From Priapulus caudatus (lineage: Eukaryota), in assembly GCF_000485595.1 (NCBI RefSeq), contig NW_014577061.1, forward strand, positions 826,365 through 890,364: a stretch of DNA of 64,000 nucleotides, given 5' to 3'. Of this stretch, positions 49,073 through 63,286 are shown piece by piece. The position numbers were made by a program, and so were the translations under genes. The notes beneath the pieces were generated by a model. The model was given only the letters and a program-made list of their open reading frames with translations. It ran no database searches and had not been told where the DNA came from. The first letter of the stretch is position 1. Every line of letters begins with the position of its first letter.

Positions 49073-49555
49073 GTATGTATTGCATCAGTTTCTTAAAGAC
49101 AGTCAATATGTTCTTGTCTTCTTGATACTTAAATCTACTCTGGTCTCAAGTTATTAATGGCATAGAATCATGCATTCGTGATACTATTCAGTCAAAAAAA
49201 GTAGGTAATCCCCCAGTCTCCCAAAATAAACGAGCACAATTATGAATGCAATTCTAGCTGCGTTCACACGTATACACGGCCTAGCTGGTACCGTACTTAG
49301 TTGGTGCTAAGTTCGGGCTANNNNNNNNNNCATTTAGGTATAAATATAATTGCACTTTTGTGATGATTAGCCCTCGGTCTGTAACGTGCAAAATGAATTG
49401 TCAAATACGCAACTTTTTCGGGGTGGCAGCACGGTCGCGGGTGTCATGGCGCCGTTCAAATTTCGTAGCGTTGATGTGTAATTAATTATAACAATTAAAT
49501 TAGGTATCTGGTAACAAATACATGTGGGTATAGACGATTTGTTATACAGCAGCAT

Positions 49556-50425
49556 TCACATCTCTGTTGCTTTTCCTTTGTGGACATATCTAACATATAT
49601 GCTTTCCTGCGCATGACCAGCTATGTCTGTTGACCCGTACATGATAAAGCTGAAAAAGCTAGCATCGTTTATTTTTTCATCCATTTCGTGATGCGTACAA
49701 TCAGCAATGCATTCGATAAACTTAAGGCCAGCTTTGTCATTAATGTAGGTTTCACCTATTTCTAGGCCTTTGGCCTTGTCCAGTTGTGTGATCCAGGTAT
49801 AATCAGTCAACGGTCTGCTCCGTTTAGCAGTGGCATAAGCATTTAATAAATAACCTAGTTTCTGCCGGTCAGCTGCTTTGATTGCTTGCAGAGCTCGGCC
49901 AGCCCTTGACATAGCAATATCATGTTGGCTGCTTGTAGCTGCCTTCCTTAATTCCATAGCTTTAACATGATATTTACTCTGCTCATGGTCAGTAATACTT
50001 GACTTCTTAAAGTTATTGCATCCGTTAATGAAATAATTCTGTTCTCTAAGCTTAAAGCTTGAACCTACAAACTTCCCATGATAGTTCACACACACGTCGC
50101 ATGTCATCATTTTCTTATCTTTTATCATATAACTGCCAATCTCTTCCTATCGCTTTCCCACACCATAGATTAATTTGTTACACGCGTAGTGAGACCGCGT
50201 GTAGACGCGTGAGACGCGTAGTAGACCGATAGCCGAGTCGGTTTAGAGTTAGTGTTAGAGTTAGGCATAGTGGGTGTTACTGCCGTACCCGTAACCGAGC
50301 TGCGTAGTAGTTGATATAGTGTAACTGTTACCGGACACACGGTCTGGTAAAGCCAAATTTTTTGTCGGACCTGTGCAAAAATCACCGGTTTTGTCCGACG
50401 GTCCGACGCTTTTGGCGAGGACTAT
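49556..50425 (-). mobile_element. hAT transposase N-terminal fragment (ZNF862-like, TTF-type zinc finger)
   Basis: ORF 49556-50128: MTCDVC...FINGCNNFKKSSITDHEQSKYH...AYATAKRSRPLTDY...FFSFIMYGSTD..ESIYVRYV. The first catalytic Asp motif is altered and the ORF is truncated. Confidence 0.8.
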
Positions 50426-52085
50426 TGCAGTAAAATCCTAGAGGCTACTGTCCATTTAAGAGCAAGTGTCTAAAGTATGGCTAACATGTCTTAGAAGGCT
50501 TGTACATCGTTATTTTCAAAAAAATAAACAACGATTGAAATCTGATTGTTTGCATCATGTGGACGTGGTTACTTGATGATGCCACTTGTTTCTCGCAAAA
50601 CCCTGTCCCTGTTCTTTGACATGGTAACTTAGCAATATAGATGTTGTGCCAGCTAGTCTAGAACCAATACATCACTCAATGAGATGCACTTTTTTCTGCA
50701 TGTCAATTTCAGGCAAATTGGTTCTATGAAAGCATGTGGCTACATTATTTGCTATTTTATAAACCATGACAGCATAAACTCATGGTAATTTTTATACTGT
50801 CCAGAGTAATTGGTAGCATGTTTGCTATTATGTTCCCTCGACTGTACAGTTATTTATTAAATGATTCCTTTGAAGAGAAAGTCAATGTAATGCATTCATA
50901 AACACAGCAAACCATATGAACACGTTCACATATTCTATGGGCGGTTTCTAGCTGTATGGTTTCTGTCTGATAGTTTTCATTGTGCTTCATGCAGACATTT
51001 CGCAAACCGATTAGGCTCCTTTGCCTGTGGGCAATTATGTAGCAAAGTATCTAATAACGGGCCTGTTTCCAATATTATTCTTAGCCAGTCTTGACTATTA
51101 TGAGGCTTTAGCAGATCATAATTGTAGGTGAGTAGGCATGTTTGAGATTGACAATCATGCTCGCCTTTGCTCGGCCGCATAGGTCATCACTACGGAATGT
51201 TTTGAACCATGGTACTATCCCTGCATACATGTAATACCTACTACTGAAATCTTTTCCAAAGCCTACACTTTGTATGGCTCCCCAACACGCCTCCTGCAGA
51301 AATGTTGTGTTGTGGGAGTCCTACAAACTAAGTCCAGGTGTTAGCTATGTGCCTTTCTTTTATCAGGATAACCAATACTTTCCTCAGGTTAGCTATGCTA
51401 TGTTATCTGCTTTCTCTATATAGATGATACTGTACTAAGGCAGTAATATGTTCACTACACCTACCAACTCTACCAGGGGTATTTTGTTCAGATTTTGTGC
51501 AATATGGGCCTTCTCTGTATCTCAAACACCCTGCTCGATGGTAGAAATCAATACATTGAAGCCTGAAACGATACCCAAACGATTATGATGATTTTTATCA
51601 GCAGTAAAATTGGAGAGCATTGTATACATGTGTACTTGCCAAAACCTTGCCAGCATGCAATGAAAGCTGTGATGCTCGGGACAGCATCCATTTAAAAGAA
51701 AATTGCTGAGTATTATAAGGCATGCGTGGTGGTGGGAGTGGGGGTATGGTGTGTGCGCGCGCGTGTGTGTGTGTGTGTGTGGGGGGGGGTTATTTCTGTC
51801 ATTCCTTGTTAATGACGACATGTCGCACACCGTGTATTAATTGGGTAAGTCTAGACCCATCATTTTTATCATTGATCAGTAGTATGGAGCATTTTATTCT
51901 CGTAATACATGTGCTATCATATATCTATCTCACATGAAAGTTTATTTTGACAAATTTCATTGAAAGTAACATTTATGTTAGTCTCGACATTAAAGCACAC
52001 TTTTATTGTATACTGACCTGCTACTCATTATCCCCATGCTATACTGTGCTTCTGCAAGCCAAGCTGTGACCTGCGTGGTATAAGT

Positions 52086-53023
52086 AACTAGACAGAGGGC
52101 ACTCACGGAGAGTGCATACCTCCGCGAGCATGTAACATGTATGTGCTCGCTGGTGGCGTCTNNNNNNNNNNNNNNNNNNNNNNNNNNNNNNNNNNNNNNN
52201 NNNNNNNNNNNNNNNNNNNNNNNNNNNNNNNNNNNNNNNNNNNNNNNNNNNNNNNNNNNNNNNNNNNNNNNNNNNNNNNNNNNNNNNNNNNNNNNNNNNN
52301 NNNNNNNNNNNNNNNNNNNNNNNNNNNNNNNNNNNNNNNNNNNNNNNNNNNNNNNNNNNNNNNNNNNNNNNNNNNNNNNNNNNNNNNNNNNNNNNNNNNN
52401 NNNNNNNNNNNNNNNNNNNNNNNNNNNNNNNNNNNNNNNNNNNNNNNNNNNNNNNNNNNNNNNNNNNNNNNNNNNNNNNNNNNNNNNNNNNNNNNNNNNN
52501 NNNNNNNNNNNNNNNNNNNNNNNNNNNNNNNNNNNNNNNNNNNNNNNNNNNNNNNNNNNNNNNNNNNNNNNNNNNNNNNNNNNNNNNNNNNNNNNNNNNN
52601 NNNNNNNNNNNNNNNNNNNNNNNNNNNNNNNNNNNNNNNNNNNNNNNNNNNNNNNNNNNNNNNNNNNNNNNNNNNNNNNNNNNNNNNNNNNNNNNNNNNN
52701 NNNNNNNNNNNNNNNNNNNNNNNNNNNNNNNNNNNNNNNNNNNNNNNNNNNNNNNNNNNNNNNNNNNNNNNNNNNNNNNNNNNNNNNNNNNNNNNNNNNN
52801 NNNNNCTGGCAATTTTAATCGCCGCGATCGGGCGATAAAAATTGCTCGTGTGCCGCCCTAAGGCGAGCTGGTGCTGAATCGATCGCGCCAACGCGTGTAA
52901 CATGTATACATGTGTATAACAGTTGGCTCGCTGCTGGCTACACACACACACGAACACACACACGAACGCATCACACGAGAGGGATCACATTACCTCCCTG
53001 TAACTCCGTTGCGCGGAGGTAAT
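52086..53023 (-). mobile_element. Helentron-type non-autonomous element spanning an N gap
   Basis: Inverse of the 60932-61159 ends: hairpin GCACTCACGGAGAGTGC and subterminal repeat ACCTCCGC / GCGGAGGTAAT. Confidence 0.75.
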
Positions 53024-55107
53024 GATGGTTTCCAACCTGGTGTCAGGTGGCATTTCAATTTTGTGAAGCTATTTGATGTTTTGCAGCAGAATAAGCCACT
53101 TATAATTAAATTATGAGATAGCAGCACAATTATGGTATTTCATTAACTGTAATTATCTGTAATCTATCTAAGAAAATGTAAAGTAGGTTTTTTGTGACGT
53201 AGACAATATTGCTTTCCTGCTTCAAAATATATCACATTTTTTTGGCAAATCCTTCATGCTCCCTTCAAAGTAATAATGCAGGCAACGTTCATTAGTCTTT
53301 TTTGTCATACATTTTAATAGTTAAAAGCGTCTTGTAGGCTAGTTGCAATTTATGTATGCAAGAATCAGTTTCACAGATCATCAATTCACACAGAAATTAA
53401 TGTAAGAATGAGCTCTGCTTGTTGTAGAAGGGCACACTGTGATTGGAGGAAATTGGATTGAATTGGGTCAAACGATAGTGGCCCCAGCAGTTTTCTGAGT
53501 AGCGTGATCTAGGATACGCCTCTTTGAAACTGAAATTGAATGTCATTATGATACAAGCAGTGTCCCAGACATTACGTTTCCTTTTATTACTGAACGATGC
53601 CCTGACTTGTAATGTGGTGTCTAGCGGTTTACCCATATAAGTACTGTGAGCTTGCGTTACAGGTTTCAGGCACATTTTGAACATAAATCATGGGCTGTTC
53701 TAACTTAAATTAAGAGTAATTTAAATTAAATGTAAGCGGGGCTGATCCAGCAGAAGTTCCATGGGAGGTTGGTCCAGGTGCTACCTTTGTGAATGCAGAT
53801 CTGGTTTTTCAAGTATGTAACAGAAATTTGCCTTGGTCGAAATTATTTCAGTATAAGATTAAAGAGAGTGAGGTATTTCGTAATGGAAATTAAATCGGCA
53901 GATTGCCGACTGCAGAAAAAACTGGTGCAGGAAACTATCATGCCGAAGCCCCCAAATCGGCTTTCAACAGGCCCTCCGCTCCAGAACTCGTGAAACTGCT
54001 CCTGAACTGTGTTTATGATCCCTCTGGTGTGTATAACACATTGAACAGTGTGTTTCTATCTCGCTCGTTAAAAAACTGCCGAAATCCATGTAAATTCATA
54101 GTTTAAAAAATATCGTAATAGCCATATATATATATATCATGGAAGTTTCTTAGATAGTGAATTAACAATTTTTGCTTGTTTGGCAGATTATTGTAATTTA
54201 ATTTTAACATGAGAACCTCATAAGAAATTGATTGCTATATATTAGGACGCCTGGACGTCTACTATATTACGTTTTTCAAGAGGTTCTGCAGCAAATACTT
54301 AATGTGCACCCGCATCCATTTATTTGATCTGTTATATTTTACTTTTAGTTAATGTGATCATTATCGTAATATTTGAAATGTGGTTACACTTGCACATACC
54401 GTATTAAATTGCGGAGGGATACCTAATACCTAATAAGGCAGTCAGCGATATGTAAAATCATGGGCCTGAACAAGATTTGTTACTAATTACGTACGGGAAA
54501 CCAGTTAAATGTCAGGGTAGAATTTGTGTCAAGGTGGTATTGTAGGATTTGGTGCAGTTTTCAGAAATATATATCTCACCGTGACTGGCCTATGCGGATA
54601 CAGTGCGTGAAAACACAGTCACTGTTGTAGATGCCTTCTTGACGAGACGTGGCGTATCAGTTTCGGGTTCTGTAAGTTTGCCAGCGACTTGTGACGGGAT
54701 GAGGCGATGAAAATACGCGTCGCTGAAAATACATCGCGTCAGCACTATAATATGTTTTTCTGCAACGTCTGGAAATTCGGTCACAACTAGGACCGCCATG
54801 TGTTCATTAGGCCAGTGCTAGCTAGCCACAAGTTATACCTTCTCGCTTATCCACTACTTGGCGAGAAGTGTGCCTGTCCAACGACTTGAAACAGTCGTAG
54901 CTAGCTAGAGCGTGGTCAGGCTAGGTCAATGCATCCCTACCAAAACGATGATAAAATATTTATAGATCATAATATACCATGTGCACAATACCAATTACCA
55001 TATGGATTGATAGTTTCGATGGGAATAAATAATGGGAAAAAGTCATTATGGCTCAATTGACGAAATACATATCGATCTATTAATAATGTATTTATAGTCT
55101 AGACTAG

Positions 55108-55155
<48 letters not shown>

Positions 55156-55196
55156 TATATTGTTGAACAGAGGGAGTCAAGAGATGAACTCAATAA

Positions 55197-55650
55197 AGGC
55201 CGTCGCACACCTACCCAAAAATCGGTTCGATTAAAAAATCTCATCGTTTATAAAATCGGCTCATCGCGACGCCTTCCGATAAACACCTGCACACCTACGA
55301 TAAAATTGATTATTTAAATCTCTCTCAATTTCGTTCGTCTACGCTTTGTCTATGGTAGGCGCCATTTTGAATGTCATGTGACACGGGCACGTTCAGCTAT
55401 TGGCTGTTCAATATTTATCGTAGAGGATTTTTCTGAGTTCACGCGCACACCACAAAATCTTGTCGGATTACACAAAATTGCTTCAAAATAATCAGTTCAA
55501 AATCAAACATGTTTGATTTGGAACGATCACCGGATAAAAATAATCGTAAGTAAAATTGTCTACAAATGAACGCGCACACCTACCCGATATCGGCTGATTT
55601 TTATCGGGCCGATCAAATCGCGTGAAAAATCGGCTGGTGTGCGACGGCCT
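55197..55650. mobile_element. Harbinger-type MITE
   Basis: TIR AGGCCGTCGCACACC / GGTGTGCGACGGCCT; TAA TSD. Confidence 0.85.
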
Positions 55651-55853
55651 TAAACATCAAGCGATGAACTCTTAATTGTGTTAAGCATCTTGACATATTT
55701 TCCAGACATGGGAACATTTATCCATGTCATATATTCGTTTTGCTATTCACTAATTGTCACGTGTGCGTACATGCTAATGTGGATCGTGTCAACACGTTGG
55801 AGCTTACTTTCATGTGTCTATGGTGTGCAATCCCTCTTTGTATTAGGGCCCGT

Positions 55854-56226
55854 AGGGTCTATGTTTCCCTGACCTCTGTTTGACCTGGCTCGTTTAGCTA
55901 TTTCTGACTAACCCTAACCATAACCCTAACCCTAACCCTAACCCTAACCATATCACTATCAGATAGTTACCAGGGTTAGGGTTACAGGGGCGTGTACAGG
56001 GGGTGGGGGGGTCCAGGGTGTCCGGACCCCCCCTGCTCGCGCAGAAAACGCATCTAAGGGGGTCTAATTTCAAAAAATTTTGGGGGAGAGCCCCCCCTTC
56101 GCGTGCTTGCAAGTTTGGGTTACGGTTAGACCCCAAACCCCTGGTACAAATCCTGTACACGCCCCTGGGTTAGTCAGAAATAGCTAAACGAGCCAGGTCA
56201 AACAGAGGTCAGGGAAACATAGACCT
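55854..56226. mobile_element. Foldback element with internal telomeric-type (TAACCC)n/(GGGTTA)n repeats and a nested CAGGGGCG MITE
   Basis: About 60-bp near-perfect TIR GGTCTATGTTTCCCTGACCTCTG...GACTAACC; nested insert at 55985-56167. Confidence 0.8.
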
Positions 56227-59200
56227 TATCTGCATCATAGCAAGAGTAGATAATATAACATTATATTATTATGTTAATTTGAATGGTTATATGTTTATAT
56301 TATATTTTATATGATGTATATATGGTTATATTATCTACTCTTGATCATCTAGGTATAGATCTCTACTCGTGGCCTGCAGGAAGTTGGCGATGGGGTTTTG
56401 CTGCCCGGAATGAGTGGTTTCATTGTAAACTGGTTCGTGCCGAGTTCATGCATGTAGTAAACGCTTGTGTTGAATCAATATGCGTAGTCAATATGAACAC
56501 CTTATTACTGATATCTTTATTGCAGGAAATCGAGTCGTAAATAGTTCTCAGAGTATGTATCTATGTATAGAGATTAGGAATTAGCACGCATCATAATAGG
56601 TTTCATGTCTGTAGATGTGGTTAACCAAATAACGTCTTGAGTGGATATATTATTATTAGTCGGTCGGTCAAATCAAACCAACATCCAACGCAACATCAGT
56701 GTTTTCGTATTCTGTTCCACCTTTCCTGATATTGATGGAGATGAGCCATCGAGAGCCCATAAAAGTGTCAATTTGTAAAATACCTAGGTCTAATTTAACC
56801 AGAACTGATGTAACAGTGCATAGATTAAAAACGTGGAAGCTAGCTACTGGTTCCATGCAGCATTTAATCTAAAATAGTATTGTAAGTTATAGGCTGTTTG
56901 CTGCAGCCGGTTTTAGTGAAATTCGATGTAGCAAAAACTATGACCAACATAAGCAACATGATGTGGAATGTGTGGTTTCACTGGTTTGTATTTAAAATTG
57001 TTAAGTCACGTGTAGAAAATGTGTGTTAAAACTCGTGTTGTGTGAAAAAGTGTCTTACAACAGTTGTGTGTAAAATTGTGTTTTATGTATTATCTTATGT
57101 GTGTTCAAATTGTCACAGTTCTAGCCGTGTGTTCAAATTGTCAATCACCACGATAAAGAGTAGCCCAGAATTGCCATCGACTACGTGTGCCACTGTGCCA
57201 GTATAACCAGAAGCTACATATGCCAGGAATGCAGTTCACAGGAATTTCTGCAGCCACCCTTCGTAGCTTACATTCATCGTATGGCTCGTACATTCATGGA
57301 GTCCCTAGCGAAACTAGTTTTGCAGAATTTGCGTTCGCTTTTGCAGGATTACATATTTCCATTGCTACCTTGGCGTGAATTTGCCCTATATATTTATATA
57401 TGGCAGTGCAAGATACCATCATACTCATTATCATAGCATCCTGATCTTTCGCAGAAATCGATATGAACTGCGCCTCATACATATACTAGCACTAGCAGAC
57501 AGGAAAAAGAAAAGGGGAATTTAGCCTAGGCCAATGTAGGTCAAAATGTTCTGCAAGGTCATGGATGGCTGCCGTGGTGGGTGCATGGGTGCTCGACCAC
57601 ATCTGGCCAGGCATTTTAACCGACAGTAGTTATAGTGCTGGCAGGCATCCAAATATGTCATCAATTCGCAAGTGTCAGGAAAGTGCTTAGAAGAACATGT
57701 CATCAATAATCCGCAGGCTACCTAGTCTTTTGTAATGTGAAAACGATCCCAATGTTAAATTATCATGGTTTGAATAATTATTCTAAAAATTGTATTTTAG
57801 CCTCCAGTATGTGGGGTGATCATCTATCTAATCACATTCTAGTGTCCAATTAGTTGCACTGATATTGGGTTTTTGCTTCTTGAATCAGATAATGTGACTT
57901 CGTTAACGTTGTTTTTAGCTCACCTTGACATCGTCAAGCTGAGCTATTGCCATGGGTCGTCGTCCGTTGTATGTCCGTCCGTCTCTGTCCGTCAACATTT
58001 CGCTACGGTCTACGATAACTGAGGAACCGTTTGGCCCACATGTTTGAAATTGGGTATAGTTGTTACTGCTATGCTCCCATATTAAACGTCCTATTTTGGA
58101 GCACGCCAGTTGACGTACTTTCGAGCCACGGGAATTTTTTGGCAAAAATGGGAATTGTCCATTAGTCAGCTTCCAGGCCTTCAACGGATTTTTCTCATTT
58201 TGGTATGTGAATGCATAAGGGGTTAAAATATCAAAAATTATGCAAATTAGGTAGGGTTTGTGCAATTATAATAAACCATATTATAGCTAGACACAAACAG
58301 TCTCTGTGGTGTCACAGCTCGTCTGTTCGTTGTTATCCAAGTATTTCATTTGACAATATCCTGTTAATGGCAACATTGGTCTTTTCTCTCCACCCTGCCG
58401 ACCGAAACGTCTATATTCGAGTAAAGTTTTACAAAACATGTCGGAACCCAGCATAACCTATTCTCATATTCAAACACCCGATCGCTACTAAGGCGGTTAT
58501 AGCGCGCAATCTACGCACAAAAGTTAATGATTCATTTTGGTTATAACGAATTATTATTGGCGATAATCACAGATCGTATCGTCTTCTATAAAGTGTCGTC
58601 GATGTTGCTCCACACTGTTAAAAACTGATTCTTCTTATTCACCTCATCTTGTGTCCTTTTTTTGTGTGAGCTACAGTGCCATAGACCACTTCAGGGAACC
58701 AATTTCCACGCCAAAAATGTGCATAGCAAATGTGCTATAACCAGTCAAATTTTGGCATAGCAATTGGACTCAATTTGTGATAGCATTTTTTTCAGACAAT
58801 CTAGCAGTGGGCAAATTTACAGACCTGCAGTGCATGCTTGCGCGTGTTACCACGTGTCTCGCCTCGTGACAGGCCACAGCTCAGGCTTTACAAGCCTATG
58901 GAACCACACTAGCGAATTTCTGCACCGCTCCGGCAGCCGTTAAACAGCCGTGCCACAGCTTGGCGCACCTCGTTCCTCCGCGGGGCTGCCAATGTCGAGT
59001 GATGAATAATATCGGGCCCGCTGGCGAGTGACCAAGCTAAAGCTGACTCGGCCATGTTGGCGAGTAAAGCCTGGCATAACTTGGTCTATGAACTTTAATC
59101 AAATGTTGGTTCCCTTACGTTATAGTATCCAACACATTGATGAAATGACAGTTCTATCGCGATTTGTGAAGCGGGCGGGCGTATGCTGACTCCTGCGACC

Positions 59201-60104
59201 ACGACATCCTCACTTTACTATTATCAAAGGTCGCCGAAAAAGCAGCCCCGCGAGAGCGTGCAGGGCCGCAGCCAGCGTGGCTGGTGCTATAACGCTGGGT
59301 TGCCCTGGCGGCCGGCCATATTGCCTTGATCTGCTCACGCGCGGGGGGGGGAGTGCAGGATTGCTCTTCAAAGTCACGTTGTGGCCGTGCGCTGTCTTAA
59401 GCCAAACTCAACTAACAAAACCCCAAAAACCTCGGCGTAATCCGGTGGCACATTTCACTTGCACGCCCGCGCCAACCGCAGCCCCGAGAATAACAAGTAA
59501 AAATGTACACACGAGCTATCGCTTTCCGTTCTTGACACTCTCCCGGGCCATCCGGGCTCATCGGCACAACTGCGATTGCATAAAAAAATATGCGTAGGCA
59601 AATGGCTAGAAAAATACGCTCGCGGACGAACTCTGCGACTGCGCGCCGACTCACCCCCAACGGGAAACCATACTTCCCTGCACTTTCATTTTGTTGTTGC
59701 ACTGCCTAAGATGAGTAGATTTGAGGCACTGCAATTCTCTTTGGGACATTTCAATAGCCCGATCGTAGAATTAGATGACCTTCAAATGTCGCGATTTATG
59801 TGACACCGTTTTGCCAGAGCTTTCTACATACATGGGTCCGTGATATATGACTATTCATTGATTCCTTACAAACATATATATGCGTTTAGTGTGCTATGCC
59901 GACATAGCCGTTGTTGCAAAAAAATCATTGCTGTTGTAGTTTCCTGAAAACATTTCAGATTGTGCATTTTGTTGTATGAGGCAAAGGTTAAAAAATCATT
60001 CTTGTCCAATCAATATACAATGTGTGCAAGGTAGCGAGTGCTATTGCATGTCGCTTAGAGAGGATACATGCCACAGCAAGATATATGCAGCGTACTAGTA
60101 TTAC

Positions 60105-60154
60105 CAGGAGTTAATGAGACAACTATTATTTGTCTCATTAACTCCTGCCTCCTG
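60105..60154. mobile_element. CAGGAGT-family micro-element with duplicated right end
   Basis: CAGGAGTTAATGAGACAA...TTGTCTCATTAACTCCTG plus CCTCCTG; TSD GTATTAC. Confidence 0.75.
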
Positions 60155-60931
60155 GTATTACGCATTCTCGAACGCAGTAAAGTTGTGTTTCAAAAGCAAA
60201 TAGGGTTTGTTGGAACGTACCCGTTTTATGGGCTAAAAATTGTGTGTGTGGGCGTGACGCCGTGATCTCATCTACGTGATCTTGATTGCTCTAGGCTGAC
60301 CGTAAGCGTCGATGTGCTGAGGTGCTTGTTCCAGCATGGTCTTAAGTTTTGATGGTTAACGCGCATGTAAGACGTGGCGAGACGAGATAGTCGGTAGATA
60401 GTAATCAGCCTGCATCTAGCGTGAGCCATTAGTCATTGTGAGATTATGGGGCGGGATGGTTTCTGGTACACCCGATAGTACGTCTACCGGCTACGTTGCT
60501 ACTAGCTTGGTTCGTGTCCGTTTAGCCAGTATACGATTTCTGAATCGCGTGGTGAATTGAATTGTTTTTGCCATTTGTCACCCGTAACTGCAATTTGCAC
60601 GTGAAAAATATTCGATTTTCAATTTAGACTGAAGATGGATAGCTTTACAGTTGGTAATTTTATGGCAGACTATCTTCCATCTACTTCCATTTTTACAGGA
60701 TTGTTCGTAAGAAGTGATGTGGTGGAAGCCACATGCTAAAATTGTGAAGAGGTTTATTGAGACATGCAGGCACATCTGTACTGCAATTTGAATTGTTCAA
60801 ATTTCGTGCAGTATATATTATTCTGTAGTAGGAATTTGTTTTAAAGGTCCAATCAGTATGTTACTTAGTGTACTAATTTGCTATTGCTACTTGCTAGTAA
60901 ACTAAAAGTAATTATCAAGGCTAAATGTTGC

Positions 60932-61159
60932 TTTATTACCTCCGCGCAAACGGAGGTCATGCAATCGCTCTCGTGTGTGTGTTCGTGTGTGTGTGTGTCC
61001 AGTCCGCGCGGCGCGATCGATAGCGCGTCGAGTCAGCGAGCGGCCAGTCAGCAGCAGCCACCAGTGAGCGGCGAGTCAGCAGCAGGCGCCACCAGCGAGC
61101 ACATACATGTTACATGCTCGCGGAGGTATGCACTCTCCGTGAGTGCCCTCTGTCTAGTT
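60932..61159 (+). mobile_element. Helentron-type (DINE/HINE-like) non-autonomous element
   Basis: TTATTACCTCCGC..CGGAGGT 5' subterminal repeat, (GT)n, 3' GCGGAGGT plus hairpin GCACTCTCCGTGAGTGC, and TCTAGTT end. Confidence 0.75.
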
Positions 61160-61544
61160 ATGGGATGAATTTGCAATACATTTGCACCATCTTTTATTTT
61201 TAAATATGTAGGTATGTAGGTCTTGCATGAATTTAGTTTGTCACTGATTTGCACTGATGAGTAACTTAGGAAAACAAATAATTCGTAATATTTCAAACCA
61301 ATGGGTAATGTTTGACGGACTTACATCCGCATCTCTGAATTAACCGACCGTCTAAAAACGTTAGTCAACAAACACCTCTGTGTTTCGCCAAGCCATCCGA
61401 TATAGCGCACGGTCTGTCAACACAACTTTTTAATTACTCTCGCCTGACGGTTTCATGATGGCTTATGCATCTTCACCGAGCACCTTCACCAGATAGAACT
61501 AAAGAACGAAACATGAAATAGTAGAGTTAGCATCGCTATTTCGT

Positions 61545-63230
61545 GGTCGGTCGGAGGACAGCAGACATAATTTTAGGATGGCCCAGAAGCACTTTACCCT
61601 CCCCTCATGCTTCCCAGTTACTTTCTGTTCGCTAGATACCCATTCAACGCCATGCCACTAATTAAAACATTTGCTTTCAGTTATCTCCGCTAAGCTTGCA
61701 GATTCCAGCAGCACAATAATTTGCAGCTTATCGTTCGCTACTTCCGCAAGTTTATGGATAAACTTATAAGTTCATGTATATGGAATCACATTTTCGTTAA
61801 TATATCTTTCATTGAGGGATTCGGGCCATTATTTAGCCATACATTGTTATGGAAGTCCTGCTTAGGGTAAATAGTCACAGCACACAAAATGTTCAACTGA
61901 AATAGGGCCTTGAAGTTTACCATCTGTTAACATTCCCGACGATTAAAAATCGGGTTTTTCTAGTCAACTCGTTTATGTACTATACCGAGTACTTACGATA
62001 CGATACTAAAAACATTCGGCAACTTCACAGCACACCGCTTACAGGGCTCAAGTTTAGTAGCAATCATCTGTAGAACATTTACTTCATGAGATCAGAATAC
62101 GATTACCTTTTCTATAGCAACTGATCTTACCGAAATCATATTTCAAACTTTACATATATGCAAACATCACAAAATTCGCAAAACCGTATCAACGTGAGGA
62201 CTGCCCAGATTTTCAATGAAATACAACTCAGTTACTGCACTCGTCGCCATCTTGCGACCGGCCGTGTCATAACAGTATATTGTTCCACATTCTGTAGCAG
62301 GTCTAGCCCGGATCCATACCCGCAAANNNNNNNNNNNNNNNNNNNNNNNNNCGGCGTCCGGCGTCGAGAGGACAGCAAACATAATTTTTTAAGGATGGCC
62401 AGAAGAGCACTACCTTTACCCTCCCCATTCCCAGTTACATTTGTTCGTGAGAGATAGCCATTACAAGCCATGCCTACTAGAAAACATTTGCTTCAGTTCA
62501 TTCCGCTACCGCCTTGCAGATTCCGCAGCACGAAGATTTTAGCGACTATTCGTATTCGCTACTCTCCGCAAGTTTATGGATAACTTATAACGTTCATGTA
62601 TTATGATCACAATTTTGGTTATAATATCTTTCCATTGACGGAGTTCTGGGCATTATCATTGCGCAATCACATGCTTATGCGACAGCCTGTTACGGATATA
62701 AATAGCACAGCACACAATTCAAACAAATAGGGCGCTTGAAGTTTACAATTTTTCTGCCTTAACCTTCTTCCCACGATAAAAATCTCGCGTTTTGTGTGTA
62801 TAGTCCACTCGTTTAGTAGTTACGCATTCATACGAGTACTGTACGATACACGATACCGCTCAAACAATTTCCGGCACACTTTCAGCAAGCACAGCTACCA
62901 GGGCTCGAATTTTAGTAACGCAAACTCATCGTGTGAGGCAACTATTTACTCATGAATCAGAAACGAATTCACGCTTTTTATAGCAACTGCATCCTTACCG
63001 AATTCATCTATTTAAAGTTTAACCATATTACTGCAGAACAATCACAAAGAATGTCTATCTTTCCCCAGCCAGAACAACTCCGTTACAACTGTCAGGGACT
63101 GCCTCAAGGATTCTCTCAAGGAAATACATCTCAGCTTACTGGCACTCTCGCATTCCTTGCGACGGCTGTCATAACAGTAATGTTACACGACATTCTGTAC
63201 AGGTCTGCACCGCGATCCATACTTCGCTGT
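61545..63230 (+). repeat. ~780-bp tandem duplication across an N gap; second copy indel-rich
   Basis: 61545-62326 is repeated at 62352-63230 with scattered 1-bp indels. Confidence 0.8.
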
Positions 63231-63286
63231 GCTACCTGCGTTTCAGGTGTGTCTGCCTGTTACAGCACGGAGCTAGCGGTAATAAC

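Noticed and set aside
50980..51710. Faint minus-strand resemblance to a decayed DNA-transposon protein
   Set aside because: Too many stops and frameshifts to support without a profile search.
52039..52963. ORFs of 225-286 aa
   Set aside because: Almost entirely N gap.
62352..63230. Tandem duplication as a biological event
   Set aside because: It abuts an N gap and the second copy is indel-riddled; probably a gap-fill overlap artefact.
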